Source: Octopus sinensis (taxonomy: Eukaryota). Taken from it: a DNA stretch of 64,000 bases. Of the stretch, positions 26,612 to 40,024 are shown piece after piece. A model generated the notes under the pieces. That model was not told the origin of the DNA, did no database searches, and worked only from the letters and a program-made list of their open reading frames with translations. A program made the position numbers and the translations under genes. The DNA lies in the NCBI RefSeq assembly GCF_006345805.1, contig NW_021836145.1, positions 33,772-97,771 on the forward strand, given 5' to 3'. Each line of letters begins with the position of its first letter. Within the stretch, counting starts at the first letter, position 1.

Positions 26612-26945
26612 ACCAGGAAAATATTCATCATCACTGAATGTCCCTTTTCCATGCTCACATGGGTTGGATGGCTTGACAGGAGCTGGCAAGGCCAGAGGCC
26701 ACACTAGGTTCTGTAGTCTGTCTTCAAGTACTAAAGCCAGATGCTTTTCCTAAAGCCAACTATTTTACTGAGTGTACAATGTTTTTTAGATGTAACCAGC
26801 ACCAGTGCTTTCTATGCAACTCCAGTACCAGTACGTTTTAGATGGTACCAGCACCAATATCTTTACATGGCACCAGCACCTTTTCTTTTTTACAAGGCAC
26901 CAGTACTTTTTAGATAGCACCAGCATGTTTTATGTGGCACCAAGG
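26612..26945 (-). mobile_element. RTE 3' tail, old, with ~25-30-bp degenerate subrepeat array
   Basis: Tail motifs 'ttttccatgctcacatgggttggatgg...gatgcttttcctaaagccaac' followed by about six 'tttt-a-atggcaccagcacc'-like units (26780-26945). Confidence 0.7.
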
Positions 26946-29335
26946 TTTTATGTGTGTATGTGTGTGTAGATAGATAGATAGACAGATAGATAGAAAGATA
27001 AATAGGTAGATAGAAAGATAGACAGAAAGACAGACAGACAGATAGATAGATAAATAGATAAATAAATACACACATTGTATGTATGTATGTATGTATGTAT
27101 GTATGCATGCATGCATGTATGTATGTAAAGTGCAGGAATGGTAGTGGAGGTTAAGAATTTCACTTTGCAATCACATAGTCTCAGTTTCAGAGCTACTTCA
27201 AAACAACTTGGGCAAATGTCTTCCACTATAGCCTCCAGCCAATTGATGCTTTGTGAGTGATGTTGGTAAAAGGAAACTGTATAAATTATACATCGGCAAA
27301 AGATGTAAACATTGATGAGAAAACCAATAAACCAATGCACTCAAACAAAAACACTCCATGTTATCTATTTCACACAAGTTGTATTACATGTTCCCTTGTC
27401 AGTGTGACCATTGTAAATGCACTGAATTAGTGAGTGACCCCTTAGAGATTTGTAGCTGCTTCTTCTGTTGATTTACATCTGACAAACTATTTCCCAAAGC
27501 CAATAATATCTGGTGTTGCTGTTCCTCACGTGAATATTATGATTGTTGGATTGTACTCTCCCATTTGCCCTTAAAGTGCAAGGAGCTCCAAGAAAATTTG
27601 CTCATCATTAGCAGGTATTGTTACTAGCTTCAAGAAGCCTGGTGGACACCAGTATCAGTTAATAAACCAACTGCAATATTTGACCAATACAGTGGTTTAT
27701 TGTCCTCAAATGAATGCAAGGCAAATTCAGCCTTGGTGAATTTCCAGCTCAGAATATAAAGGTTGAAACAAAATACAGAAAGACATTTTGTCCACAAAAA
27801 TGTGACAACCGATAAAGAAAAATGATATTCGTCAATAACTCATAATTAGTAATTTTTTCTAAAGATCACTTCACCACCTGAAAACTTAACTAATGTTTTT
27901 TGGGTTTTTTTTTTTTTTTCAGTTTCACACATGGTGAAACACACAGACATTAGATGTAGAACATTCATGTTGTCAGTACTTCAATGTTCCACACATTAAA
28001 TATATTCACTCTAACCCCCTTTTTTTATATATATATCCTTTCACTTGCTTCAGTCACTGGGCTGTGGCCAAGCTGAGACACTACTTTAAAAGGTGTAACC
28101 AATCAAATCACTTCAAGTACTAATATTAAACATGGTATTCATTCTATCATTATTCTTTTGCTAAACCACAAACAGGGATGCAAACAAACCAGCAGTGGTT
28201 GCAGACAGTGAGAAAAGTAAAGTGCATGTGCGTGTGCACACACACACATTATAGGTTTCTATAAAGTTGCCAAATGGTTTGAAATTTTCATGCAATCTTT
28301 AGGTGTATTCAACTAAATAAATACTCTACTCAAGATTTTAATATATTGACTTCATCATTGAGTGAAGAAAGAATCTTCTAGATCCCTGTATTAAGGTAAT
28401 CTTGTGTGAATGTGTGTATGCATGCATGAGTAAGTATATATATATAAAATAATGCATACCTGCAAAAGAAGTCTACAAAAATAATCATTATTTTATATTG
28501 ATTTTTTTAGAGATTATTTGATGAGGACAGCTTTGGAGTCATTATTTTTGTTGATTTTTTTTTGTGATTTCCTACAATGGTTTTGTGCAATTTGATTTTT
28601 ATCAAATTTTCTTTTAATCTTGAGTAACCAAACATTTAGAAATGATTTAGTGTTTGTAGTTGAAAGTCAAATTTACAGAGTGGAATGTCTATCTATAGTT
28701 CATTTTGTCCATCACAAATGTAATACTGATTTAATTTCAAATGAATTCCTAGCATCTGTACACCCGTGCACATGTGTGTGTGTGTATGTAATAGAAAACA
28801 GTTATCTAGTTCTTGCTTGAAATGATACATATTCCTCATAGTGGATGAATTAAACACATTCTTTTACAGATTAATTATGGTCAAAACTGTCCTTTTCCAG
28901 ATTTTACCTATCTACAAAGGAATCCAGTGTACAAAAAAAAAAGCAAAAGAGTAATGATGGCTAGTCTTGTGACAAGCAATAATAGTAGAGTATCATGGTA
29001 AGCTTATAACTTAAACAAAATGTGTGCAATGAATTTATGGAAATGTTTTATTCCATGTAAATTTCTAACTCAATCATCTGCCAGTCATTTTTAATTTAGA
29101 GTGTAAAGGTCTTTTGTAAATATATAAGATATATACATTTTCTGTTTTTTTCGTAAAGATTGCAAAATCTCTTAAATCCTGAAATTGTTTCCTCCCAAAC
29201 GTCAACCATTTCAAAAGCAGCAGTAATATCATTGTGCATGTTCATATACACATGTATGAAGAATAAGTGAAAGAATTGAAAAACGCATAAATATATAAAC
29301 CATTATTATCAGGTGCTGCCTTCAATAATGCTTAT

Positions 29336-29400
<65 letters not shown>

Positions 29401-30106
29401 GTGTATTTCTTCCATGAGAATTTAAAAAAAGCATTCAACATAAATTTTTATTTTAAACATTGACACACAAGTACATATATACTTAGATACATACATACAA
29501 TCCAATACAAAAACAAAAACAAATATATCCAAAGCAACAATATAATTGATGTTGATAAGATAAAGCAAGAAAATAGGTACCTATCAATAAATAGAGAAAA
29601 AAGTTATAGAAAAAGAAAGTGGGGTAAGAGCAATTTTTAATCAAAGTTTTCAATATGTCTACGTGTGTGCTTATGTGTGCATAGACACACAAAGTGACAC
29701 ATGAGCACATACACAAACACAGGCATATCCCTTCAACATATAATTATAAATAATAAAGATTGAAAAGGAAACATCAGAATGTAGATTATCAACTATAAAT
29801 CATTTTCAAAAGAAGGTTATTTCTAACATAAAAATTCTGAGGTGAGAAAGAATAGAGAAGAAAATCATAAATCATTCAGGCAAACAATTTCTTTCAATTA
29901 TTTTCTCACTCTCTTTTTTTTTCTTCATTTTATTAAATACATTTGATGCATTTACTTTTCAAAAATACACCAAAGATGAATTTGGAATAAATCTACATTT
30001 TATAAACCTTCATTCTAGCCATTCAAAAAAAAAAAAAAAATGAATAAAAGTTGTCAGAAAAACATTGTAAAACTATTTCAACAGGAATTGTAACATTTTC
30101 TTCTAC

Positions 30107-30144
<38 letters not shown>

Positions 30145-31081
30145 GAAGTGTGCACGTGTGTGTATGTGCTAATAATTTTTCTATTATAATATTTTTGATA
30201 GCAGAAAGCAACTCAATAAAATATGCACCAAACTTTGAAAAGTTGAGCTGACCTAAAAATATATTCAAAGAAATATACAGTTAACAACTGGATAAAAATT
30301 ATCAATATTGAACAAAGAAAATAATTAATAGCTTGTTTTAAATAGTTATTAAATAATAAATATAGAAGAGGTTACTAAGCTAAATGATTTTATTTTGTTC
30401 CTGAGCAATTTTTGTTTTTACATCTTTTAGATTAATTTTCATCCTTCTTTTGATACAAGTGTATATTTATTACATAATTAATTAATTAGAGGAAGAAGGG
30501 CAGCACCTAGACTGTTGAGATCAATGTGATTAATATACAGTTTGAACTCTTGTGGGTTAATGCCAGCTTAAAAGTCATGGAAATGAGGGCAGTTCTGAAC
30601 AGCTGCATCTCTGGGGAGGAATACTTGAGCAAAGTGCTTAGTGCAGATTCCAGGAGGAGGAATGGAAAACTGTAGGATGATGCAAAGAGAATTGGATGCA
30701 TCCAGCAGGTCAGAAGAGAGGTCATACATTTGGTAGGTTCAGAAAAACATAAATTACTATTAGAAAAGGAGATTGAAAGAAGAACCAAAGCATCTGTGAA
30801 TTAGTGGTTGCGGCATGTCCTTTGACCTTTTAGATTGCATGTAATAGTAATTCTTTCCATAATAAAGCAGGAAAATTAAAATAATCATGCTTCTAAGTTT
30901 TCTGATGCACTGCATACTCCTGTGTCACAGTGACTACTTCAGTCACTGTCCAGTGTAACCGGGCCCCCACCTCCTCTACTAGTCTTGTCTTTACAGACCC
31001 AACATTAGCACTCCCTCTGTTTATCAACCTATCTATCCCTTTCTACACACACACACAAACAAACACTCATATATATGCAAA

Positions 31082-31312
31082 AGGCAGCGAACTGGTAGAA
31101 ACGTTAGCATGCCGGGCGAAATGCGTAGCCATATTTCGTCTGCCGTTACGTTCTAAGTTCAAATTCTGCCGAGGTCGACTTTACCTTTCATCCTTTCGGG
31201 GTCGATAAATCAAGTACCAGTTACGCACTGGGGTCGATGTAATCGACTTAATCCGTTTGTCTGTCCTTGTTTGTCCCCTCTATGTTTAGCCCCTTGTGGG
31301 TAGTAAAGAAAT
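31082..31312 (+). mobile_element. tRNA-derived SINE family B, intact copy
   Basis: Head 'ggcagcgaactggtagaaacgttagc...gttctaagttcaaattctgcc'. The central 'cctttcatcctttcggggtcgataaatcaagtaccag' resembles a conserved metazoan SINE central domain (Meta-like; assignment from memory). Confidence 0.9.
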
Positions 31313-32424
31313 ATATATGAAACAACTCTTATCCATAGAACTCAAAATAAATAAAACGAGTGATTACAATACTCTGCTTTTGCTTACATGCACAGAGCAA
31401 TAAATAATAAACATGATAGATGGGACTTTTTGGTCCTTCCAGGGGTAATCTCTCTAGCATTGACACTATGCAATAAAATGCATCCAATCTCTATTATAAA
31501 GTGGTTAGATGTTATTTTTAAGTGTTCTTTATAAAGAGCCTCTCTCTAGAACAAGGGACATGGCAAAATGTGCTCAGTATGTGATAGTTTGTGATAAGAA
31601 AACTATCCAGTAGTAAAAATAATGAAGGAAGAAACATTTAGGTATGACATCTAATATGTGAGGTTTCAACAATCTTATTGTAGATGAATTCTCAACTGCA
31701 ATACAGTATGTCCAGCCTAGATGGCAAGTGTTGAAATGCTGTGAGAGTCATCCAACCCATGCCAGCATAGAAAATCAGATGTAAAATGATAAGTTAACAG
31801 TATTCCAATGTCACATGTGAAATGCACATCTGAAAGTGTGCGCAAAATAGAAGAACTTGCACATGTAGAGAGATAGAAACAGTTATTGCAGAAATTGTGC
31901 AAGCAAATAGGAAACCCATAAGAATAAAACTATAAACCATAAATACTCAACACTATCTCTATAAATGTTACACACACAAAAATTGCATTAATAAAGGAAA
32001 ATAATATTTATCAATGCACCTGATAGATACAGAAACAACTCTAAGCCTCTAATTCTAAAGTAGAATTTAAAATCAACAAAGCTCTTTTAAACAACACTCA
32101 AACAGCACAAACATCATCTACTACCCACACATTAGTCCACAAGTGAGCCTCTAGAGAATTGCTTGATCTGCTACATATACCAGCCAAATGTCCCGCAAAT
32201 CATCTATAACAAAAGAAGATATGATAATCTCATGTGAGGAATTCCATCCCTAATAATAAGACAATAGAGGGCCATGACCTTTTCTCTATGATATGACTTT
32301 GTAAATGAACAATCTGGTATGTTTATTTTAATAGCCTACCAATGTATACAGTGCGTTTATCTGCCCTAGGTGTCAGACAAACACTCAGCAAGAATGGAAA
32401 ATGATAATGAGAATAATAATGATA

Positions 32425-32636
32425 ATAATAGTGGTTTCAAATTTTGGCACAAGGCCAACAATTGCAGGGTGCAAGTTGATTACATTAATCCCATTGCTCA
32501 ATAGGTACTTATTTTTTTGACCCTGACTGGCTGAAAGGCAACATCAACCTCAGTGGAATTTGAACTGCAAATGTAAAATCGGATGAAATGTTGCTAAGCA
32601 TTTCACCCAGTGTGCTAGCAATTCATTAAGCTGGCC
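32425..32636 (-). mobile_element. SINE family B, degenerate
   Basis: 'ggtttcaaattttggcacaaggcc...gattacattaatccc...ggtacttattttttgaccc...gaaaggc...ggaatttgaact'. Confidence 0.7.
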
Positions 32637-32659
32637 ATAACAATAATAATAGTAGTAGT

Positions 32660-32885
32660 AGTAGTAATAATAATAGTAATTGGTGCACTTGGAAGTATCA
32701 ACACTCAGTTAACAACATGGCTGAAAAAGATTGGTGCAAGTGAGAAGGTAGAACACCTACAAAAGTCAGCATTGCTTGGAACTGCAAGGATTTTTTGCAG
32801 AGTTCTTGATACATGACCAGTAAACGAGTGTCACCTTATTCTGCTGGCTGTGGACAGCTGACACTTTCCATCATACCCAGTAAAA
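32660..32885 (+). mobile_element. R4/Dong-like RLE LINE 3' end
   Basis: The + frame reads IVIGALGSINTQLTTWLKKIGASEKVEHLQKSALLGTARIFCRVLDT*. The following 3' UTR 'ctgctggctgtggacagctgacactttcc...cccagtaaaataagct' is shared with 39445-39500. Confidence 0.8.
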
Positions 32886-32889
32886 TAAG

Positions 32890-33181
32890 CTAGCACCATC
32901 CAATCATGGCCGTTACCAGCCTCGCCTGGCCCCCGTGCCGGTGGCACGTAAAAAGCACCATCCAACCATGGCCGTTTGCCAGACCCATCTGGCACGTAAA
33001 AAGCACCCACTACACTCACGGAGTGGTTGGCGTTAGGAAGGGCATCCAGGCGTAGAAACATTGCCAGATCAGACTGGGCCTGGTGCAGCCTTCTGGCTTC
33101 CCAGACCCCAGTTGAACCGTCCAACCCATGCTAGCATGGAAAACGGACGCTAAATGATGATGATGATGATGATGATGATGA
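32890..33181 (+). mobile_element. RTE 3' tail, young copy
   Basis: Two subrepeats plus a full tail ending in (GAT)8-9. Confidence 0.9.
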
Positions 33182-33879
33182 ATAACAACAACACCACCTG
33201 GACCTGCAAAGAGAGATAAGCAGACTGTGGGGTTCCAGAAAAAAATCATGAATCAAGAAAAGATTGGAAAAGCTAAAAGAATAAGGATTCAACCATAGAT
33301 ATAAAATATGGAAAGAATGAGGGGTGGAGAAGGATGATGGTATGTGGAAAAGAAATGCGTGCATTTATATTTACAGTATTTATAAATGCACAGACAGAAA
33401 TAAACACAAACGCCCATACACTCTCAAAGATGTCTGCCAATATACAATGGGAGTGAAGGGAAAACGAATTGCATTCAAAATTTTAAAAGGCTGCACACTA
33501 GAATATACAATTATGTAGTTTCATATTATTTGGTTCAAGATGAAACTATAAAAATTAGTCTGAAGATATTTCAGAAGCCTGAATTTAACTGGAAGATTCA
33601 CTTAGATAAAAGAGGCCTTGGTAATGAAAATGTTGGGAAGTATACAGCTAGGATCATAAAAAGGTATTACTGAAATAGATGCATTGAGAAAGATATGAGA
33701 GAAAAAGGTAATAAGCGTAGAGGGTAGACAAAGTGTGAAGGAATCTCAGGTAGAGGCTTGGATTAACAAGAAGCCTGTAAAATCATCAACAAAATCTAAA
33801 CTAATATCTCTTCCCAAAACAAGGAATACATTGCAAATAATGCAAACATGATTTGGGAACCAGTCAGCTGTGTTAAGCA

Positions 33880-33988
33880 AAATAAAAATATCATTCCAGG
33901 TAACTTTAAGGTTTCCGAAATAAATATATCATTCCAGATGGCTTTAAGGTTTCTAAAATAAGTATATAATTCCAGTAGAGTTAAGTTT
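33880..33988. repeat. ~38-bp minisatellite, about 2.7 copies
   Basis: 'aaataaaaatatcattccaggtaactttaaggtttccg' / 'aaataaatatatcattccagatggctttaaggtttcta' / 'aaataagtatataattccagtagagttaagttt'. Confidence 0.8.
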
Positions 33989-36565
33989 TACTTGTAGATA
34001 CTTAGTTACTTGTATCTATATTATCTGCATAAACTATATTCAATTTACAGATGGTAATGGCATTTATGGAATGACCTGGCAGGTTAAAAACGTCTGGCTA
34101 GAGGCTTTGAAACATCATAATTGTTGTTTCTTAGGTACATGCCACAAAGATGATTTCGCCTTCAACTAGTTTCACCAATATATGGTATATTACAATGTAC
34201 AATAAAATATTGTTGGAAATCTAGTTCAGGTGGTCACTGATTATAAAAGTGTTCTTCACATCAGCTACATTGACAGTGTTAGCAATGTAGGACAAATGTT
34301 AAGATACATGCATAAGAATATTTCAGTGCTTCAGGTTATGCATCTGTGGATGCTAAAATATCACTGACAAGGAAGTTATGTACATTTTTGTTTGTCTTAA
34401 AAGTGTGCCAAGGAGGTTTGCAATAGATATGAGTGCTTATGGATGGTCTGACTGATGTAGACATTAAGTGCTCTTAAGAAAACTTTCGAGTCAGATTATT
34501 GATTTTTATATGTATGGACTATTTTGATATGGAAGTATGGGTTCATAGTTTCTGAGAATTTGAAATATATTTAAAATGTTAGAGAATTTATGCATAGATC
34601 TCTTGATAAAATCAACAACTGAAGCATAAAATTGAAGACAGTGTGGGAGTCATTATTTTGCTTACATGAATATCTTGAGTCACAAAGTTATGCAGTAATG
34701 CAGCTTTTATTCACCTACATCCTCAACTACCATATTTAGCTAATTTTGAGCATGAAATAAATAAAATAAAACTCTTAAAAAATTATTTTGAATTTGCACA
34801 TAAAACAGAAAAAAAAAAAAACTAGATGTGATTATATATTTTAGTTATATATATATATATATTCATGTATACAACTGCAAATATAAATAAAATATCAACA
34901 AGGGAATAACATCAAATAGTAAACAAAGTATGATAAATAAATGAAAAACATATATAATCTCAAAAAGGCAATGAGAACTAAGATAAAATAGTACCATGGT
35001 AAAAACATTAAGATGTAAGGGCAACAAAAACAATTGAAAATATAATTAATAAAAATATGATTAAAAAATAAATAGTAATTACTTTCTTTGATTAATGTTG
35101 GAGCTAAATGTTTATTTTTTTAAAGATATGCTTGTCATTTCACAAGTTTATATTTCATACCATATGTTCATGACAATACCACAATCTAGTTATTAAAATG
35201 AAGTGTAGAAACTAGAAACAGAAAAAAGTGCTTAGCAAAATAAACAGTTGCTTCCAAACAAATTAAATGAAAGAAAAATGCAGCGAAAACAAAAAATACC
35301 TTGTAAATTTATAAACTAATAATATCAATAATGAAGATACCAATACCTCTAATTATATTTTATAAATATTTCTTTCAAAGTCAGAAAAGGAAGCTCATTA
35401 ACAAAAACAATTTTTAAAATATTACCAAAGTATAAATAGTAAAAGAATAGCTACAAAACGTTCTTTCTTTTTCATTTAAATTAGACTAAACTTAGGTGCT
35501 AGACTGAATTGGGGTGGAATGCTGATTTTGAGTGACAGACTGGATCTATCACTCACTTGGTCTTTGGGTGCTTTTAGCAGAGTCCACTGTGATGCAAATA
35601 TTTGGTATCCACAAACTAGGACAGGTCACTTGTTTGAGGATACCTTCCCCTCTTTCCCTCATAAAGCTTAGAGGCCCTGTAAAGGGTAATAGGCACTATC
35701 TTCCCCACTGATTAAAAGACAAAATTTTATGAACAAATAAAAGTAAATACATCAACTGAGGTACGTTTTGGCTCCAAAATATACTTCTTGACAAGTAATT
35801 GTACTATGAGATCATTTAATTATGCTCATAACTCTTAAATTTAATGAATAACCTCAAAACCCCTTTTTTTTTATTTGGACACTATAGGTTGAATACTTTA
35901 TCATATCATATGGAGATAAGTAAAGATAGAACAAAATACTCGGTCCTAATGGGGAGGTACAATATTGTAATAACTTTTTGACATCCATATTGACCATTCT
36001 TATTTAAATTCTCTAAGTATTACAACTTATCACTGCCCATTTGTTCAAATAAATATTATGTTGTTTTGAGTATCCTGTACCACAATGCTTTCTTTCCCCT
36101 GCCACAACTGGACAACCAGTGTTTGCATGTTTATCTCACCATAACTTTGTTTGGCAAAAGACACTGACAAAATAATTACTAGACTACAAAAGGAAAAATA
36201 AGTATTGGGGGAGATTTGTTGGACTAAACATTTCAAGGTAGTGCACCAGCATGGCAGCAGACCATGACAGAAACAAGAAAAAATAAAGATAAGTGTAAAA
36301 AGGGAAGACTCACATGAATGGGCAAGTGCTAGACTTCAACAAAGACCATTGCCCAAGCTTGCATATACAGAAGCAAATACAGGGTTTATGGCTACCACTA
36401 TATATATGTGGACATGCATACAAAGGGAAAGAATGGGAAGGAATATTCAGAGTGAAGAAGCAACATTAGAAGAATATCAACTGTGTGGCAAGTACCATAT
36501 ATACCATATATAATTCCTAGTTTTCATATACCGAATTCTACCTTTTAGGTGGAATTTGGTATATG

Positions 36566-37015
36566 GGATAGAACTCGTGGAAGAGGGAGCCTCAAAAAGA
36601 CATGGGAGGAAGTACTGAAGGATGACCTCAGAATGCTGAACCTTTTGGATGAGATAACAAAAGACTGAGATACCTGGTGCCTTTCTGTACTCAGGAAGAC
36701 CCATCCTCCACAGCAGAAGTGTTAAGGTCACATCCCCTGGTGAAGAGGATTGACCTGCATGTGCCAGTGCCATGTAAAAAGCACTTTTGCCAATGCCACA
36801 TAGAGAGCACTCATGCCAGTAGCACGTTAAAAGCACCAAGCACACACTGTAAAGTGGCTGGCATTAGGAAAGGTATCCAGCTATAGAAACCAAACCAAAT
36901 CAAACTGGAACCTCATGCAGCTTTCTGGCTTGCCAGCTCCAGTCTAACCAGCCAACCCATGCCAGCATTGAAAACAGACATTAAATGATGATGTCAATGA
37001 TGATGCTGATGATGG
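36566..37015 (+). mobile_element. RTE 3' fragment (ORF C-terminus plus 3' UTR)
   Basis: The + frame reads RGRGSLKKTWEEVLKDDLRMLNL, followed by the tail 'gtggctggcattaggaaaggtatccagctatagaaac...aaacagacattaaatgatgatg'. Confidence 0.8.
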
Positions 37016-37374
37016 AGATGGAAACTAAGGTTGTAGAAGAAAATATTCTCCCAAACTCTGATTATAAAGCTGGGAAATTAACTTCTTAAACAAATAAGTA
37101 TTTTAAGACCTCAAATCTTAATAACAATGTTAAGATAATTCCCTGAGCTGCTGAAGTAAATCAGCACTAGTATATTATCTGATAACAAATGATAATTAAC
37201 AGGCAGAAGCTTTTGATGACTTTTGATGTTCACAACTTTATAATATTTTAAAAGTCATCAGAAAGTGTAAAATGAAGTAACCACATAGCCAAATTTATGA
37301 TTGTTTCAAAAAATGAAATTTTGAAGAAAATATGAGAACATTTTTGAATGTGAGGAGGAACATAGAATTGTAAA

Positions 37375-37378
<4 letters not shown>

Positions 37379-37431
<53 letters not shown>

Positions 37432-37460
37432 GAGACAGATAGAGATAAACAGCGAGAGAC
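37379..37460. repeat. (GA)n microsatellite
   Basis: About 22 perfect GA units, then degenerate. Confidence 0.9.
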
Positions 37461-38205
37461 AAAGAGAGAGAATCTTAATATCATTAGGAAATTTTTCCAG
37501 AGCCAGTGAAGACGACATAGGTCTCTTGGCAATGAGGGGCATGGCCTTCTGGCAAATGCAGACTGAAACTTAAAACTTCAATGTACAATTGAGAAAAGAC
37601 GATAATGCAGGCACAGAAAGAAAGAAAGTGATGAATTGAGGTATATGACTATTAGTTTCACAATAATCAGGGAAATATGTCATTAGATAAAGTTCTGGAA
37701 TGTGGGACTTTTAACTCTAAAGAAAAATTGTCAGTTAAGTAATTAGCTATCATAAAGTTTCTATTATAACCAACTGGTTACGATCAAGCAACTGACAAGC
37801 AAATCTGTGGTATTGAGCGGAATATTTGCTGTAATCCATCTTTCATACCAAGACAAGACATGTACAAGATAACTCTTCCACTCAGTTAAGATCAGAAGCC
37901 ATGAGAGCCAGTGCTTGGTAGTGCATCAGAGAATTTATTATTATTATTATGACCTCTGCCACAGCGAAGGCGGAGGTATTATTTTCAGTCGTGTTTGTTT
38001 GTTTGTCTGTGGACAAGATATCTCAAGAACCACTGGATGGATTCGGATGAAACATACAGAGATGTTTGGCCTCATGACTGGCATGAGCTGATCAGATTTG
38101 GGGATTGATCCAGTGCTGGACAAGGATTCTGGATTATTTGTTATATTTACTTTACATGAAGTATTACAATCTGACGTTCACTTTCAAGTCTTTCCCTTGA
38201 AAGCA

Positions 38206-38623
38206 TACTCTTTACTCTTTTACTCTTTTACTTGTTTCAGTCATTTGACTGTGGCCATGCTGGAGCAACGACTTTAATCGAGCAACTCGACCCCGGGACT
38301 TATTCTTTTGTAAGCCCAGTACTTATTCTATCGGTCTCTTTTGCCGAACCGCTAAGTAACGGGGGACGTAAACACACCAGCATCGGTTGTCAAGCAATAC
38401 TAGGGGGACAAACACAGACACACACACACACACCACATACATACATATATACATATATACGACAGGCTTCTTTCAGTTTCCATCTACCAAATCCACTCAC
38501 AAGGCATTGGTCGGCTCGGGGCCAGAGCAGAAGACACTTGCCCAAGATGCCACGCAGTGGGACTGAACCCGGAACCATGTGGTTGGTTAGCAAGCTACTT
38601 ACCACACAGCCACTCCTGCGCCT
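38206..38623 (-). mobile_element. SINE family A, full length, nested in the Helentron-like element
   Basis: Near-identical to 5677-6097. Confidence 0.9.
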
Positions 38624-38929
38624 ATAGTTTCTACATAAGTTATGGTGGCATTGCTGTTTCCAAAGTTTTATTTTCGTTTATCAATTTTACTCGCATCTCT
38701 ATCTTAGTAGAAACTGATGGATAAAGAAATCAAACTACATAACCAAACTATATAAACAAATGGCAGCAAAACTGTTCGGAAATTAAATAACACTAACATA
38801 TTCAGTAACAATAATAAATTTAATTTATTCTCGACAATTTCTAGGTTTACCAATTTTGAATATATCGCTGCTGTTTAAAACCTCTTACCTAATTGATAAT
38901 TGCATTTCTAACTCTGCCTTGAAGGAAGC

Positions 38930-39100
38930 TTTACCTCTTAAACTCACATTTTTGTGTGCGACGATGTTGGTAAACCGCTGTTAACAGCAACGTTTGCTGG
39001 TCCTTTCCGTTTTCTTTCATTCACGGACAAATTTTTCACTAGAGACCTTAATGGTTGTAAAGACACTATATCAGCGGATAGACTAAAAAATGCCATCATA
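38930..39100 (+). pseudogene. Ty3/Gypsy integrase C-terminal (GPY/F) fragment
   Basis: LKTHI(fs)DDVGKPLLTATFAGPFRFLSFTDKFFTRDLNGCKDTISADRLKNA matches the Gypsy motif THVFVRxDxVxxPLxPPYxGPYxVLxRxDKxFxxDxNGxxDTVSxDRLKPA. Confidence 0.75.
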
Positions 39101-39402
39101 GAGAAAACTGTCCCTGTTCCCACTGCAGACAACACACACACACTGCATTACAAACATGGCCTGTACACCCACCTTCACATTCCATGACTACCATTGCAAT
39201 CGATCAGGTACTGGACAAGGAATTTGGATTATTTTTCCTTTTTTTTTTAACTTTTCAGAGCGGTCAGGTTTATTTTTAGTATTCTCGTTTGTGAGAGCAT
39301 TTGAGTTTATTTCAGATATTCTTATTTTAAAAATCATCTCTGGCTAATCGGTGAGAGGACACTGATATTGCTTTGGCAGAGGTTTGCGCTCTCAGAGTGC
39401 TC

Positions 39403-39443
<41 letters not shown>

Positions 39444-39444
39444 T

Positions 39445-39935
39445 GATGAAAAACTCTCAGCTTATTTTGCTGGGTATAATTGAAAGTGTCAACTGCCCAC
39501 AGTCAGCAGGCTAACGTGACACTTGTTTACTGATGAAGCTTCAAGAACTCTGCACAAAACACTCGTAGTGCCAAACAATGTTGATTTTTGTAGGTGCTGT
39601 ATCTTCAAATTTGTACCAATCTTTTTGAGACACATTAGAAGTTGAGTGCTGATACTTCCAAGCACACCAATTACTATTGCTAACACATTCACTCTTTATT
39701 GCCTATAACCTGCATCTTTCCCATTTCAATTTATCATAGCTGTTCTTTCTTCTTTCTCTTCAATCCTATTGTCACCAGGACATGCTATGTCAATTGTTAG
39801 TCATGTTTCTTCTTTTCTGTTCACCACAACAATGTCAGGTTTTCAATGTCTAATCTGATGGTCACACTGAATCATTGCATCCCACATGATTTTTCAATCT
39901 TTATTTTCAATCCTGCATCTTTGATCTTTCCAGGC
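39445..39935 (-). mobile_element. R4/Dong-like RLE LINE 3' fragment
   Basis: Minus frames read IQCDHQIRH-KPDIVVVNRKEET, IDIACPGDNRIEEKE (PD-(D/E)xK nuclease) and IVIGVLGSISTQLLMCLKKIG...LQKSTLFGTTSVLCRVLE. It has a (TAA)n tail at 39405-39445. Confidence 0.85.
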
Positions 39936-39938
39936 CAT

Positions 39939-40024
<86 letters not shown>

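Larger units (their letters stand above)
37950..39402 (+). mobile_element. Helentron/DINE-1-like non-autonomous rolling-circle element with internal cargo
   Basis: It has a 5' hairpin/subTIR 'acctctgcc-acagcgaa-ggcggaggt' (37952-37977), then (GTTT)n and 'ctgtggacaagatatctcaagaacc...ggatggattcggatgaaa'. The 3' subTIR 'tggcagaggt' (~39374-39383) is followed by the hairpin 'gcgctct-c-agagtgc'. Both flanks are T-rich/(TTA)n. Confidence 0.7.

Noticed and set aside
30507-30788. 93-aa minus ORF in a GC-richer patch
   Set aside because: It has no recognisable motif and no convincing donor. It is probably an old TE fragment that I could not classify.
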